The notes under the pieces: generated by a model
Seen by the model: the letters and a program-made list of their open reading frames with translations, nothing else
The model's database searches: none
Told to the model about the DNA's origin: nothing
Shown here: positions 1 through 7,302 of the stretch, piece after piece
Layout of the letters: the number at the start of each line of letters is the position of its first letter
Position numbering within the stretch: position 1 is the stretch's first letter
IMG/VR virus record: IMGVR_UViG_2663763286_000008
DNA from: a virus
Lineage: Duplodnaviria > Heunggongvirae > Uroviricota > Caudoviricetes
Reading direction: 5' to 3' (one strand)
DNA length: 11,284 nt
Position numbers and translations under genes: made by a program

Positions 1-327
1 TCATTTTTTCCAGAGGCGGTCGAACTCCGCCTTCGCAAAATAAGCGGAAGCCTGGCGAAGGATATCGTTACTGCGGCGCAGTTCACGATTTTCACGTTCC
101 AGCTCTTTCAGACGCTGACGTTCAGCGGTGGTGAGTCCACCATCACCACTCCCGGTATCCCGCTCATGCTGACGAACCCACACACGCAGAGTCTCTGGTG
201 TACAGCCAATCTTTGGGGCAATGGAACAAATTGCCGCCCATTGTGAGTCATATTCGCCCTGACTTTCCAGAACCATACGAACTGCCCGTTGACGGACCTC
301 GGGGGAAAAACGTGTATTTTTAGTCAT
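1..327 (-). CDS. IS3-family transposase OrfA (IS629/IS1203-like helix-turn-helix subunit)
   Basis: The 108 aa product [59 protein letters not shown]...WKK matches the IS629-type OrfA as I recall it, including the HTH and leucine-zipper-like C-terminus. The stop codon lies at the first bases of the window. Confidence 0.9.
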   Translation of the reverse strand: MTKNTRFSPEVRQRAVRMVLESQGEYDSQWAAICSIAPKIGCTPETLRVWVRQHERDTGSGDGGLTTAERQRLKELERENRELRRSNDILRQASAYFAKAEFDRLWKK

Positions 328-381
328 CCTGTTTACCTCTTTCTCAGGGAGTTTAGTCTCCAGGATTTCCGGGGCGGTTCA
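1..381 (-). mobile_element. IS629: IS3-family insertion sequence, IS629-like, partial: one terminus plus orfA; the element continues beyond the window start
   Basis: The minus-strand read of 327-381 is tgaaccgccccggaaatcctggagactaaactccctgagaaagaggtaaacagg followed by ATG, which matches my recollection of the IS629 left inverted repeat and orfA leader. The terminal TG...CA dinucleotide is typical of the IS3 family. orfA (1-327) is complete, and an A6 run just before its stop (plus 4-9) is a candidate -1 frameshift site for an OrfAB fusion. Confidence 0.85.
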
Positions 382-404
382 AATTGTTCTGTTTTCAGAA
401 ACAT
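382..404 (-). pseudogene. G: 5' remnant of a lambda G-like tail assembly chaperone gene (first 7 codons, MFLKTEQ) cut by the IS insertion
   Basis: The minus strand reads ggaggtcatac ATG ttt ctg aaa aca gaa caa tt and then runs straight into the IS terminus at 381. MFLKTE is the N-terminus of lambda gpG as I recall it. Position (directly downstream of V) and the GGAGG ribosome-binding site fit. Confidence 0.6.
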
Positions 405-417
405 GTATGACCTCCGT

Positions 418-1170
418 TTACCCTGCAGCGCCCGCTTCAGTAACGGTGACTTCAGCTACCGTGGCAAACTGACCATTACCGGAAATCACGGGGATACTCA
501 CTTTTCCAGCCTTAACCCCCGTCATAGTGATCACCATATCTTTCACAGCAATGGTTCCCGTTGACGGATCGGCGGAAACCGCTCTGAACGTCTTGTCGGT
601 TGCACTTTCCGGCTCAAAAGAAACAGTCAGGGTGGTTGTTTTTCCTTTTTCCACGGTACCGGATGTCGGTGTCACCTTAATTGCAGTGGCCGGCGTAATT
701 TCGCTGCGTTCTTCCGCCACGGAAGGTTTGCCCACGTTGGTCACTTTCACTGTTCGGGTGATCACTTCTTTCGCCGTCACTGCCTTACCGATACTGCTGA
801 TCCAGCCACGAAACACATCCACCGTGCCATTCGGAAAACGGATTTTATAGGCCCGCACATCCCCGCTTTCAAACCAGCCTATAAGCCCTTTCTGACCTTC
901 TTCTCCCGGTTTCCAGGCCAGTGTAAAACTGGTATCACCTGCAGATTTCTGTCCCTGCCCGGTCGCGCTCCAGTCCGCGTCTTCATCATCCAGGTAGTTA
1001 TCATCGTAGGATTCTGCCGTCATCTCGCCCGGCGTCAGATCCTTCACCTTAGCCAGTCGCTGCCAGTCATCATCTGACAACGGGTTTGCATAAGCATCAC
1101 CCTTGCCGGTGTAAACCCACAGAGTGGTACCGGCACCTTTTACCGGCGCCAGGGGATTTGGTGTTGGCAT
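418..1170 (-). CDS. V: major tail tube protein (lambda gpV homolog)
   Basis: The 250 aa product begins [20 protein letters not shown]...[26 protein letters not shown] and has an Ig-like C-terminal domain, collinear with lambda gpV (246 aa). ATG start with a GAGGA ribosome-binding site. Confidence 0.93.
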   Translation of the reverse strand: MPTPNPLAPVKGAGTTLWVYTGKGDAYANPLSDDDWQRLAKVKDLTPGEMTAESYDDNYLDDEDADWSATGQGQKSAGDTSFTLAWKPGEEGQKGLIGWFESGDVRAYKIRFPNGTVDVFRGWISSIGKAVTAKEVITRTVKVTNVGKPSVAEERSEITPATAIKVTPTSGTVEKGKTTTLTVSFEPESATDKTFRAVSADPSTGTIAVKDMVITMTGVKAGKVSIPVISGNGQFATVAEVTVTEAGAAG

Positions 1171-1177
1171 ATCGTCC

Positions 1178-1573
1178 TCACATCTCGTATGTAATTGAAT
1201 AAGTCAGATCTGCAGAGCTCCATAACGCCATATCGTCATCACGACGATAGTCATAGCCCTGCTGAACCATCGTGGTAATCATCCCTGCCAGTGCAGGGAT
1301 CGCGGACATCGCCGGATAAATCCGGGACTCCATCCACGAATCCAGCTCTGAATCCGGTACCTGTGCTGGTAAAAACACCTCAATATGCAGTGTGGCCCGC
1401 CAGGTATCTGCATCCAGCTCTTCACCGGTATACTCTGCATCCGTCAGATAAACCGCGACGGCCGGAAAATCCTCTTCGTCAAAAACAACGGGGCGACCAT
1501 CAAACAGCGTCGCCCCGTGTTCATGCTGCTCGAGTGCATCCAGCACTGCGGCACGGATATCAGTGTGTTTCAT
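1178..1573 (-). CDS. U: tail terminator / minor tail protein (lambda gpU homolog)
   Basis: The 131 aa product begins [33 protein letters not shown] and ends [10 protein letters not shown], closely matching lambda gpU (131 aa). Its start overlaps the Z stop as ATGA. Confidence 0.93.
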   Translation of the reverse strand: MKHTDIRAAVLDALEQHEHGATLFDGRPVVFDEEDFPAVAVYLTDAEYTGEELDADTWRATLHIEVFLPAQVPDSELDSWMESRIYPAMSAIPALAGMITTMVQQGYDYRRDDDMALWSSADLTYSITYEM

Positions 1574-2103
1574 CGTTTTATCGCAATCCTCAGTTGTTGT
1601 TTCAGCGCGTATGCCAGTTCTCCGGGCAGACGTTCACTCCGGATACGGTCAACATTCTCATCAAACGCCTGTTTCAGTGGGGCCGCCATCGGGATTTTCA
1701 CCACATCAATGGGGTAACGGTTTTTCCCGACCACACGCTGCATGACATGCCAGCGACCATTTTTTAATCGCTGAATAAATGCCCGCTGATAACGATGCTG
1801 ACCGGCTTTGAGTATGCTGTCCGGACGACGCCCCGGCATCCTGATCCCCAGCTTAATCACCGGGAGATCACCGCGGTTAACGATAATTCTGGCATTCGGA
1901 TTTCTGACCGTGGCCCGTTTCAGTCTGGACCGTTCCTTTACCAGTTTCCGGCTCACCCTGGTCTCCCGGGCAACCTGTGACGAAGACTGATTAATCGCCG
2001 TTGTGGCCACGCGGTTAATGGCCATTGCTGAAGCCGCCGGAATGGCGTTTTTACGAACCCGGCTCAGATTTTCAATCGCCTGATCAAGCCCTTTTATCGC
2101 CAT
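1570..2103 (-). CDS. Z: tail completion protein (lambda gpZ homolog)
   Basis: The 177 aa product begins MAIKGLDQAIENLSRV and contains RLKNGRWHVMQRVVGKNRYPIDVVKIPMA, matching lambda gpZ. Confidence 0.9.
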   Translation of the reverse strand: MAIKGLDQAIENLSRVRKNAIPAASAMAINRVATTAINQSSSQVARETRVSRKLVKERSRLKRATVRNPNARIIVNRGDLPVIKLGIRMPGRRPDSILKAGQHRYQRAFIQRLKNGRWHVMQRVVGKNRYPIDVVKIPMAAPLKQAFDENVDRIRSERLPGELAYALKQQLRIAIKR

Positions 2104-2117
2104 AATTCACCCTGCGT

Positions 2118-2471
2118 TTATCGTCGCCGGTTAACTGCCGGTGGTTGCCCACGGTTGAGCCAGAGATAACAACTCCCTCCATCATCCGGAGAAACACGGT
2201 CCACCCAGAACATCTCGCCGTTAATGGTCAGCGTGTCACCACGCCGCACAGCACGAACCGTATCCGTCCGTACAAATAATGACGGGCAGCTTCCTTCAAT
2301 ACGGACCCCGCTACCGGCAAACCCCAGCGACTCCGGATCGTCAAAAACCCCCTGAACTTCGCTGCCACACTGTGCCCCCGAGGTGAACTGCGCACAGAGC
2401 CCCATCACTTCAACAATCGTGCTGTCCACCCCGGCAAGGGCAGCATCAAAGGCATTCTGAAAATCACGCAT
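2118..2471 (-). CDS. FII: head-tail connector protein (lambda gpFII homolog)
   Basis: The 117 aa product contains GVFDDPE...VRIEGS.PSLFVRTD.VR.LRRGDTLTI....FWVDRVSPDDGGSC.LWL.RG.PPAVNRRR, matching lambda gpFII (117 aa). Confidence 0.92.
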   Translation of the reverse strand: MRDFQNAFDAALAGVDSTIVEVMGLCAQFTSGAQCGSEVQGVFDDPESLGFAGSGVRIEGSCPSLFVRTDTVRAVRRGDTLTINGEMFWVDRVSPDDGGSCYLWLNRGQPPAVNRRR

Positions 2472-2847
2472 GCTCAGCCGTTCCGTGCTGTATCATGGCT
2501 GTCGCCAGTGGTGATGGCACCAGAACACGCATGCCCCGGTACGTCAGTTCAACGGGACGGCCTGTCTCCGGGCAATACCCCATCACATGCAGGCATTTCC
2601 GCACACGGACCGCTTTAACATCATCCGTAGCATCAGTGTTGTGCAACTGCTCACCATCGTCTGTGTGATTTTGCTCAGGCCCGCTCTCATCACCAGGCAT
2701 AATGCCCTCCCGGGAAGCAGCAAGCTCCTCTTCCCACTCAGACACACATTGCGCAATATCCGCAGCACTCCCCGACATATCCGCCTCGCGCCCCAGCAGG
2801 CCAGCCAGTTGACGAAGACGTTTCTGATTTTCTTCTTTTGTTGCCAT
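2464..2847 (-). CDS. FI: FI-like DNA packaging / head assembly protein (lambda gpFI position)
   Basis: Assigned by position between E and FII and by size (127 aa from the ATG at 2847 versus 132 aa for lambda FI); sequence similarity to lambda FI is weak. I prefer the ATG at 2847 (MATKEENQKRL, preceded by a GGGGG ribosome-binding site) over the GTG at 2895 given in the ORF track, because the longer ORF would read through a terminator-like hairpin. Confidence 0.7.
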   Translation of the reverse strand: MATKEENQKRLRQLAGLLGREADMSGSAADIAQCVSEWEEELAASREGIMPGDESGPEQNHTDDGEQLHNTDATDDVKAVRVRKCLHVMGYCPETGRPVELTYRGMRVLVPSPLATAMIQHGTAEHA

Positions 2848-2861
2848 ATCAGCCCCCTGTG

Positions 2862-2890
2862 AAAAAAGACACGGGGGCATTTCGCCCCCG
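2862..2890 (-). terminator. intrinsic-terminator-like hairpin immediately downstream of the major capsid gene E
   Basis: On the minus strand a 7 bp GC stem (cgggggc, loop gaaat, gcccccg) is followed by tgtcttttttc. It lies 10 nt after the E stop and ends about 15 nt before the FI ribosome-binding site. Confidence 0.6.
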
Positions 2891-2898
2891 CTCACGGA

Positions 2899-3927
2899 TT
2901 ATTTCACCTGCACCACCACAAACTCATCCGGATCCGGCAGCACCATCAGCGGTGCGGACTGCGTCATGGTAAATTCACGGGCCGGATCGCCCACGGTCAG
3001 CCAGTGTTTCGGGTAACGGGAAGAAGCCACCACACCTTCGGACAACGCCTGCGCATCCTGAATGGCACCGTAACAACGGATCCCATCTGCAGCCGTATTT
3101 CCCAGGACCAGCGTGCCCTCCGGCAGATAACGTTTTTCGGTACCGTCCTCTGCCACATAAGACGTTTTCGCCACCACAATGGCCAGATCGCCGTAATACC
3201 CTTTGAAAGACACCACCGCCCCCAGGTCTTTCACTGCCGTTTCGAGTTGTGAATTTGAGCCGCGACGGGTATCCAGTTTTTCGCGGAACAGCTTAAAACC
3301 ATTCAGCAGACACCAGACAGTACCGTCCATAATAGCAATATTCACAAGACCGCTGGCCTGATCGCAGTAGAGGTCAATATCATGCGTCGGATCAAACGTA
3401 TCACGGTCCTGCTCAGACCATTTTTTACCGTCGGCCTGCTCAATGTTATTTCCTTCAGAGCGTCCAAAATCCACCTCGACAGTATCAAACTGATCCCCTT
3501 CCATGGTGTATTTGCCATACAGCACGGCATTCACCGCCTGCATTTCTTCCACCTGGACAATGGCATGCTCTTCCTGTTTGAGGTTATCGGTGATGATACG
3601 CAGACGACGGTAGGCCGGGTCGTTCAGTTGAGCCGGATCTTCACCGGGAAGACGCTCAACCGCCTGCTGGTAATTAAATTCGTGTTTCGGCTTGACGTAG
3701 CCCGGACGTAACACGCGGGTTTCACCACCGCGATGACGCAGCACTTTTCCTTCAACAACCGGGGAGACATAGGCCGCCACCGGCGTTTTTCCGGTAATTT
3801 TGTCCAGCATCACCTCTTCGGTATGGAAATTCACCGTACGGCGGAAAAACAGCTCCAGAAACAGCGCACGAAATTTCACTTTTTGTTCGGTATAACCGAG
3901 TAACTGGCGGGTCGTAAACAATCCCAT
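2899..3927 (-). CDS. E: major capsid protein (lambda gpE homolog)
   Basis: The 342 aa product contains GYVKPKHE, EEMQAVNAVLYGKYTMEG, KLDTRRGSNSQLETAVKDLG and TVGDPAREFTMTQSAPLMVLPDPDEF, collinear with lambda gpE (341 aa). Confidence 0.95.
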   Translation of the reverse strand: MGLFTTRQLLGYTEQKVKFRALFLELFFRRTVNFHTEEVMLDKITGKTPVAAYVSPVVEGKVLRHRGGETRVLRPGYVKPKHEFNYQQAVERLPGEDPAQLNDPAYRRLRIITDNLKQEEHAIVQVEEMQAVNAVLYGKYTMEGDQFDTVEVDFGRSEGNNIEQADGKKWSEQDRDTFDPTHDIDLYCDQASGLVNIAIMDGTVWCLLNGFKLFREKLDTRRGSNSQLETAVKDLGAVVSFKGYYGDLAIVVAKTSYVAEDGTEKRYLPEGTLVLGNTAADGIRCYGAIQDAQALSEGVVASSRYPKHWLTVGDPAREFTMTQSAPLMVLPDPDEFVVVQVK

Positions 3928-3956
3928 AAATCAGTTCCTTTCATTCAGAAATCAGT

Positions 3957-3976
3957 CAGGCCACCGCGGTGGCCTG
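3957..3976. other. perfect 20 bp palindrome (caggccaccgcggtggcctg) in the D-E intergenic spacer; predicted RNA stem-loop
   Basis: The sequence is its own reverse complement. It lies between the D stop (3985) and the E ribosome-binding site and start (3927) and has no clean U-tract after it. Confidence 0.5.
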
Positions 3977-3984
3977 ATAACGTG

Positions 3985-4332
3985 TTACGGCAGCGCCGCG
4001 TGACTCAGGGCACTGCCGGCAAAGGCATTTGCCTTTTTGTGTTCATCCACACTTTCAGGCCAGCGGATTGCCTCCGTCGCAAAGGTCCCCGACTTGTAAT
4101 AGGTCAGTACCGTCTCTGTGCCTTCAAGCGGCAGTACCAGTATGCCAACTGCACTACCGGCTTTCTGTCCGTCCCAGACCACCAGTTTCCCGGTAGCTTC
4201 ATCCAGCATCAGGGGCGTCAGTGCCGGTGTTGCCGAGGAAATCCCGCTGCTGCCTGTGGCGGTATGAGCCGGATCATTACCGGCAAAAATACGTACTTCC
4301 GCACGCTGTTCAGTGATGTTTTTCGTTACCAT
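3985..4332 (-). CDS. D: head decoration protein (lambda gpD homolog)
   Basis: The 115 aa product contains NDPAHTATG, TPLMLD, KLV.WDG, AVGIL, YKSGTF and KK.AFAG, matching lambda gpD (110 aa). Confidence 0.93.
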   Translation of the reverse strand: MVTKNITEQRAEVRIFAGNDPAHTATGSSGISSATPALTPLMLDEATGKLVVWDGQKAGSAVGILVLPLEGTETVLTYYKSGTFATEAIRWPESVDEHKKANAFAGSALSHAALP

Positions 4333-4368
4333 ATTGTAAAAACCTCCTGTTGATGGTCAGCACTGACT

Positions 4369-5517
4369 TCATGGCATAGCCATGAGCATTTTCACGTCCG
4401 CATCACCGTCTGCTGACGTCTGTGGCACGCCACCCTGTACCGCTGCCGGTGAATGGTTCGCCATGATGCGTTCAAACAGGGCGGTTGTGGATGCAGAGAC
4501 CGGTTCTGCCTTACCTGATCCCGCAGCCAGCACAGCCCGGGCGCTCTCCACAGTCATTCCCGGGCAGGCAGCCAGCTGTTCAGCCTGCGCCTCAGCCCCT
4601 TTTGCCTCATCCAGTGCCATGATCTGATCACGGAGTGAGGGTCCGGCATCCGCCTGCGGTGAAGCAGCCAGGATCGGGCGGGCTTTTTCCACCGTCATCT
4701 CCGGCATCGCCGCCTGACCTTCAAAAACGGCGGCCTCTGTTCCCGTGACGGCATCAACAGACAGACCGGTAAACATGGCCACTTTTTCGGCAAACATCCG
4801 GCGCGCCGCATCAATGCGCTGCTGCATGTCCTGGCGAACCTCTGCCGGTAAGGCTTCAAACTGATTGCCATCCACCTTGTGCGCCCCTGAGTAAATCAGC
4901 GTGATATCCACACCGGCCTGCGCCAGATGACCGGCATAGCTGACATGGCTCATCATCACGCCAATGGAGCCGATACGGGATGTCTGGGTAACCAGCCGTC
5001 GGGAGCAGGCCGACGCCAGCAGCATGGCTGCAGAACAGGCCGTGTCATTGCACAGTGCCCAGACCGGCTTCTGCTGACGGAGGCGGTAAATCATGTCAGC
5101 GCAGTCAAACGCGCCGGCGGCCTGCCCGCCCGGACTGTCAATGTCCAGCAGTACGCCCCGCACCTGGCTATCCGCCATTGCCTGCTGAAGACAGGCGACA
5201 ATGCCGTCATAGCCTGTCATTCCGGAAAATGGCCGCATACCCCCCAGCCGGTGCACCAGCGTGCCGGTCACCGGCAGTACAGCAATACCGTTCACCACCC
5301 GGTAAACACGGGCCGGTCGTTTACCTCCGGCCATGTACTCGTCCGTTTCAGCCAGCATTCCGGGAGCATCAAGCTGTACCTGCTGCTGTGGTACCGAAAG
5401 ACTTGCTGCCCCCATCTCGCGCCCGAGCGCGCAAAAGAAAACCCGCGCATAGGCGGGCTCCAGAAGCAGCGGTTCATTGAATGCTGCGGCAATAATGTGT
5501 GAAAGATTACGTCTCAC
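4369..5517 (-). CDS. C: head maturation protease / scaffold (lambda gpC homolog, ClpP/S49-like fold), probably with a nested Nu3-like scaffold reading frame
   Basis: The 382 aa product contains AFNEPLLLEPAYARVFFCAL, VLPVTGTLV, LLDIDSPGG, GAFDCADMI, KPVWAL, SRRLVTQTSRIGSIGVMM, ITLIYSGAHKVDGN and ETPGMTV, collinear with lambda gpC. It starts at a GTG with a GAGGAG ribosome-binding site and overlaps the end of B by 11 nt. Confidence 0.9.
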   Translation of the reverse strand: MRRNLSHIIAAAFNEPLLLEPAYARVFFCALGREMGAASLSVPQQQVQLDAPGMLAETDEYMAGGKRPARVYRVVNGIAVLPVTGTLVHRLGGMRPFSGMTGYDGIVACLQQAMADSQVRGVLLDIDSPGGQAAGAFDCADMIYRLRQQKPVWALCNDTACSAAMLLASACSRRLVTQTSRIGSIGVMMSHVSYAGHLAQAGVDITLIYSGAHKVDGNQFEALPAEVRQDMQQRIDAARRMFAEKVAMFTGLSVDAVTGTEAAVFEGQAAMPEMTVEKARPILAASPQADAGPSLRDQIMALDEAKGAEAQAEQLAACPGMTVESARAVLAAGSGKAEPVSASTTALFERIMANHSPAAVQGGVPQTSADGDADVKMLMAMP

Positions 5518-7099
5518 GGGGTGTTGTCTCCTCTTCCGGCCTGCGACTCTCCGCTATCTGCTGCTGATACGCCTGCGCTATCCACACCGGACGTGAGAGT
5601 CCGGCTTTTTGCCGCTCTGCAGATTCCCTGACCTGCTGGCGGAAAATGTCCTGATAATCCTCGCCCATCAGCGCCAGCTCTTTCTCATACGTGCTCAGTC
5701 CGGCCTCAATGCGCATCACCGATTCCTGAACCTCCTTGAGCCCGTCAATGGCCATTCTTCCGGCACCAATCCACTCTGCCCGTGACCAGGCTGATCGCGC
5801 CTGATAAAAATCAAAACGCGCCCGTGGCGGACGGATAATCCCCCGAAGAAGTGCCTCTTCCAGCCAGCAGGAAAACATCTGCGTGGCCAGCCGGGCCGCA
5901 ATAAATTTTCGCCGCCCCATAAAATAGCGCCACGACTCATTGGCAGAGGCCCTGGCACTTGAATAACTGACCTTCGAGTAATCACGGGACAACTGTTCGT
6001 AGGAAACGCCAAGACCGGCGGCGATATACCGCAGCAGCGCCTGTTCAAGCGCCGAAAATCCATTGTCTGAATCCTGCGCAGTCTGTAGTTTCAGATCATC
6101 CCCGGGGAAAAGGTGCGGAATTTTGACACCACCCAGCGTCACGTTATTCGTGTCATACCAGCTGGAGAACTTCTCCAGAATATTAATAAGCGGATTATCC
6201 TTCTGCCCCTGCGGCGCACCGGCGATATATTCAAAGGCCTTTTCGGTATCAAGGTCACTTTCAATCGTCGCTGCATACATGGCTTTCACAATGGCCGACT
6301 GAAGCTGTGTTGCCTGCAGGGAATCGAGCATCTTCAGCCGTTCCATGACGCTGTAAAACTGGTTGGCCCCACGGGTCTGCCCGTCCTCCACCGGCTCGAA
6401 AATATGCAGCATGGCCGGACGCCCGGTGGGAAGTTCACGCGGGATCCGTTCCCATCGTCCACTCCCGGAGCGAGGAAAATCATCCTCACAGATATGGTAC
6501 GCAACGGCACGGCCATATCGATCGACCTCCACCCCGGCCCGCAGAAAACGGTTCCCCATACCGTGTCCTGGCGTGTCCACCCGTTTCGGACTCACGGCTT
6601 TAAAACGCGTACGGAATAACTGCGTGGTTTCCGTATCCCAGACCGGCTGCACAAAGATTTCGCCGTTAAACGCATGAACGCCCACACCTTCACGGATAAA
6701 TTCCGTGAACGTGCGTTTTCCTTCCACGTCGATCTCGCCAGACATCCCTTCGGCGTATTCCGACCAGGCCGCCTCCACCTCATCGACAAAGCTTTTTGCT
6801 GCGGTCTCCCGCATCCCCAGCCAGCGCCAGTTCGGACGGTAGCTGATAAGAAACATATGCCCGACAATGTGATCCTTATGCAGTGCCACCGCATTGGCCG
6901 CTATTCCGTTATTGCGCACCAGATCATCTGCCCGGGCATTCCCCAGACGCAACGCGGGCAGCAGGGCCGCATCGGCACTCTGCGCCGGTGGCAACCACTC
7001 CGCCATTTGCCCGCCAAATCCTGCACCGCCCCCGTTGTAGCTGAGACTCTCACGAAGCGGAACGCCGTTCACATCAATCAGGACAGGCGTTCGTTTCAT
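5507..7099 (-). CDS. B: portal protein (lambda gpB homolog)
   Basis: The 530 aa product contains YNGGGAGFGGQ, GNARADDLVRNNG, FEPVEDGQTRGANQFYSVME, LQSAIVKAMYAATIES, LLRYIAAGLGVSYEQLSR, ASANESW.YFMGRRKF and GRMAIDGLKEVQE, matching lambda gpB (533 aa). Confidence 0.95.
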   Translation of the reverse strand: MKRTPVLIDVNGVPLRESLSYNGGGAGFGGQMAEWLPPAQSADAALLPALRLGNARADDLVRNNGIAANAVALHKDHIVGHMFLISYRPNWRWLGMRETAAKSFVDEVEAAWSEYAEGMSGEIDVEGKRTFTEFIREGVGVHAFNGEIFVQPVWDTETTQLFRTRFKAVSPKRVDTPGHGMGNRFLRAGVEVDRYGRAVAYHICEDDFPRSGSGRWERIPRELPTGRPAMLHIFEPVEDGQTRGANQFYSVMERLKMLDSLQATQLQSAIVKAMYAATIESDLDTEKAFEYIAGAPQGQKDNPLINILEKFSSWYDTNNVTLGGVKIPHLFPGDDLKLQTAQDSDNGFSALEQALLRYIAAGLGVSYEQLSRDYSKVSYSSARASANESWRYFMGRRKFIAARLATQMFSCWLEEALLRGIIRPPRARFDFYQARSAWSRAEWIGAGRMAIDGLKEVQESVMRIEAGLSTYEKELALMGEDYQDIFRQQVRESAERQKAGLSRPVWIAQAYQQQIAESRRPEEETTPRET

Positions 7100-7302
7100 A
7101 ACCTCACTCCCAGCGGATGACGGCGACGCCGGGTTGTCCCCAGTACCGACTCCGCATCATTGATCGCCCGGTTAAGCTCATCCAGAGAAGCCGCCGTATA
7201 TTCAATTCTGCGACCATCTTTCTGGACAGACACCACCCGTTTACCGGTTAATAAATCAAGGCGCGCCTGACGCAGCGCCTGCAGTTCAGCGACTGTAACC
7301 AT
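7096..7302 (-). CDS. W: head-tail joining / head completion protein (lambda gpW homolog)
   Basis: The 68 aa product contains TGKRV..VQKDGRR.E.TA.S and RRRR, the same length and motif as lambda gpW. Its stop overlaps the B start as ATGA. Confidence 0.9.
   Translation of the reverse strand: MVTVAELQALRQARLDLLTGKRVVSVQKDGRRIEYTAASLDELNRAINDAESVLGTTRRRRHPLGVRL

Noticed and set aside
289-564. 91 aa plus-strand ORF spanning the IS terminus, the G remnant and the 3' end of V
   Set aside because: It crosses the IS/phage junction and is antisense to V, so it is an artefact of the six-frame scan.
2848-2895. Longer FI start (GTG at 2895, MSGGEMPPCLFSQGAD...)
   Set aside because: The extension would be translated through the GC hairpin and begins 4 nt after the E stop with no ribosome-binding site. 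The ATG at 2847 has a GGGGG site and gives a lambda-like length.
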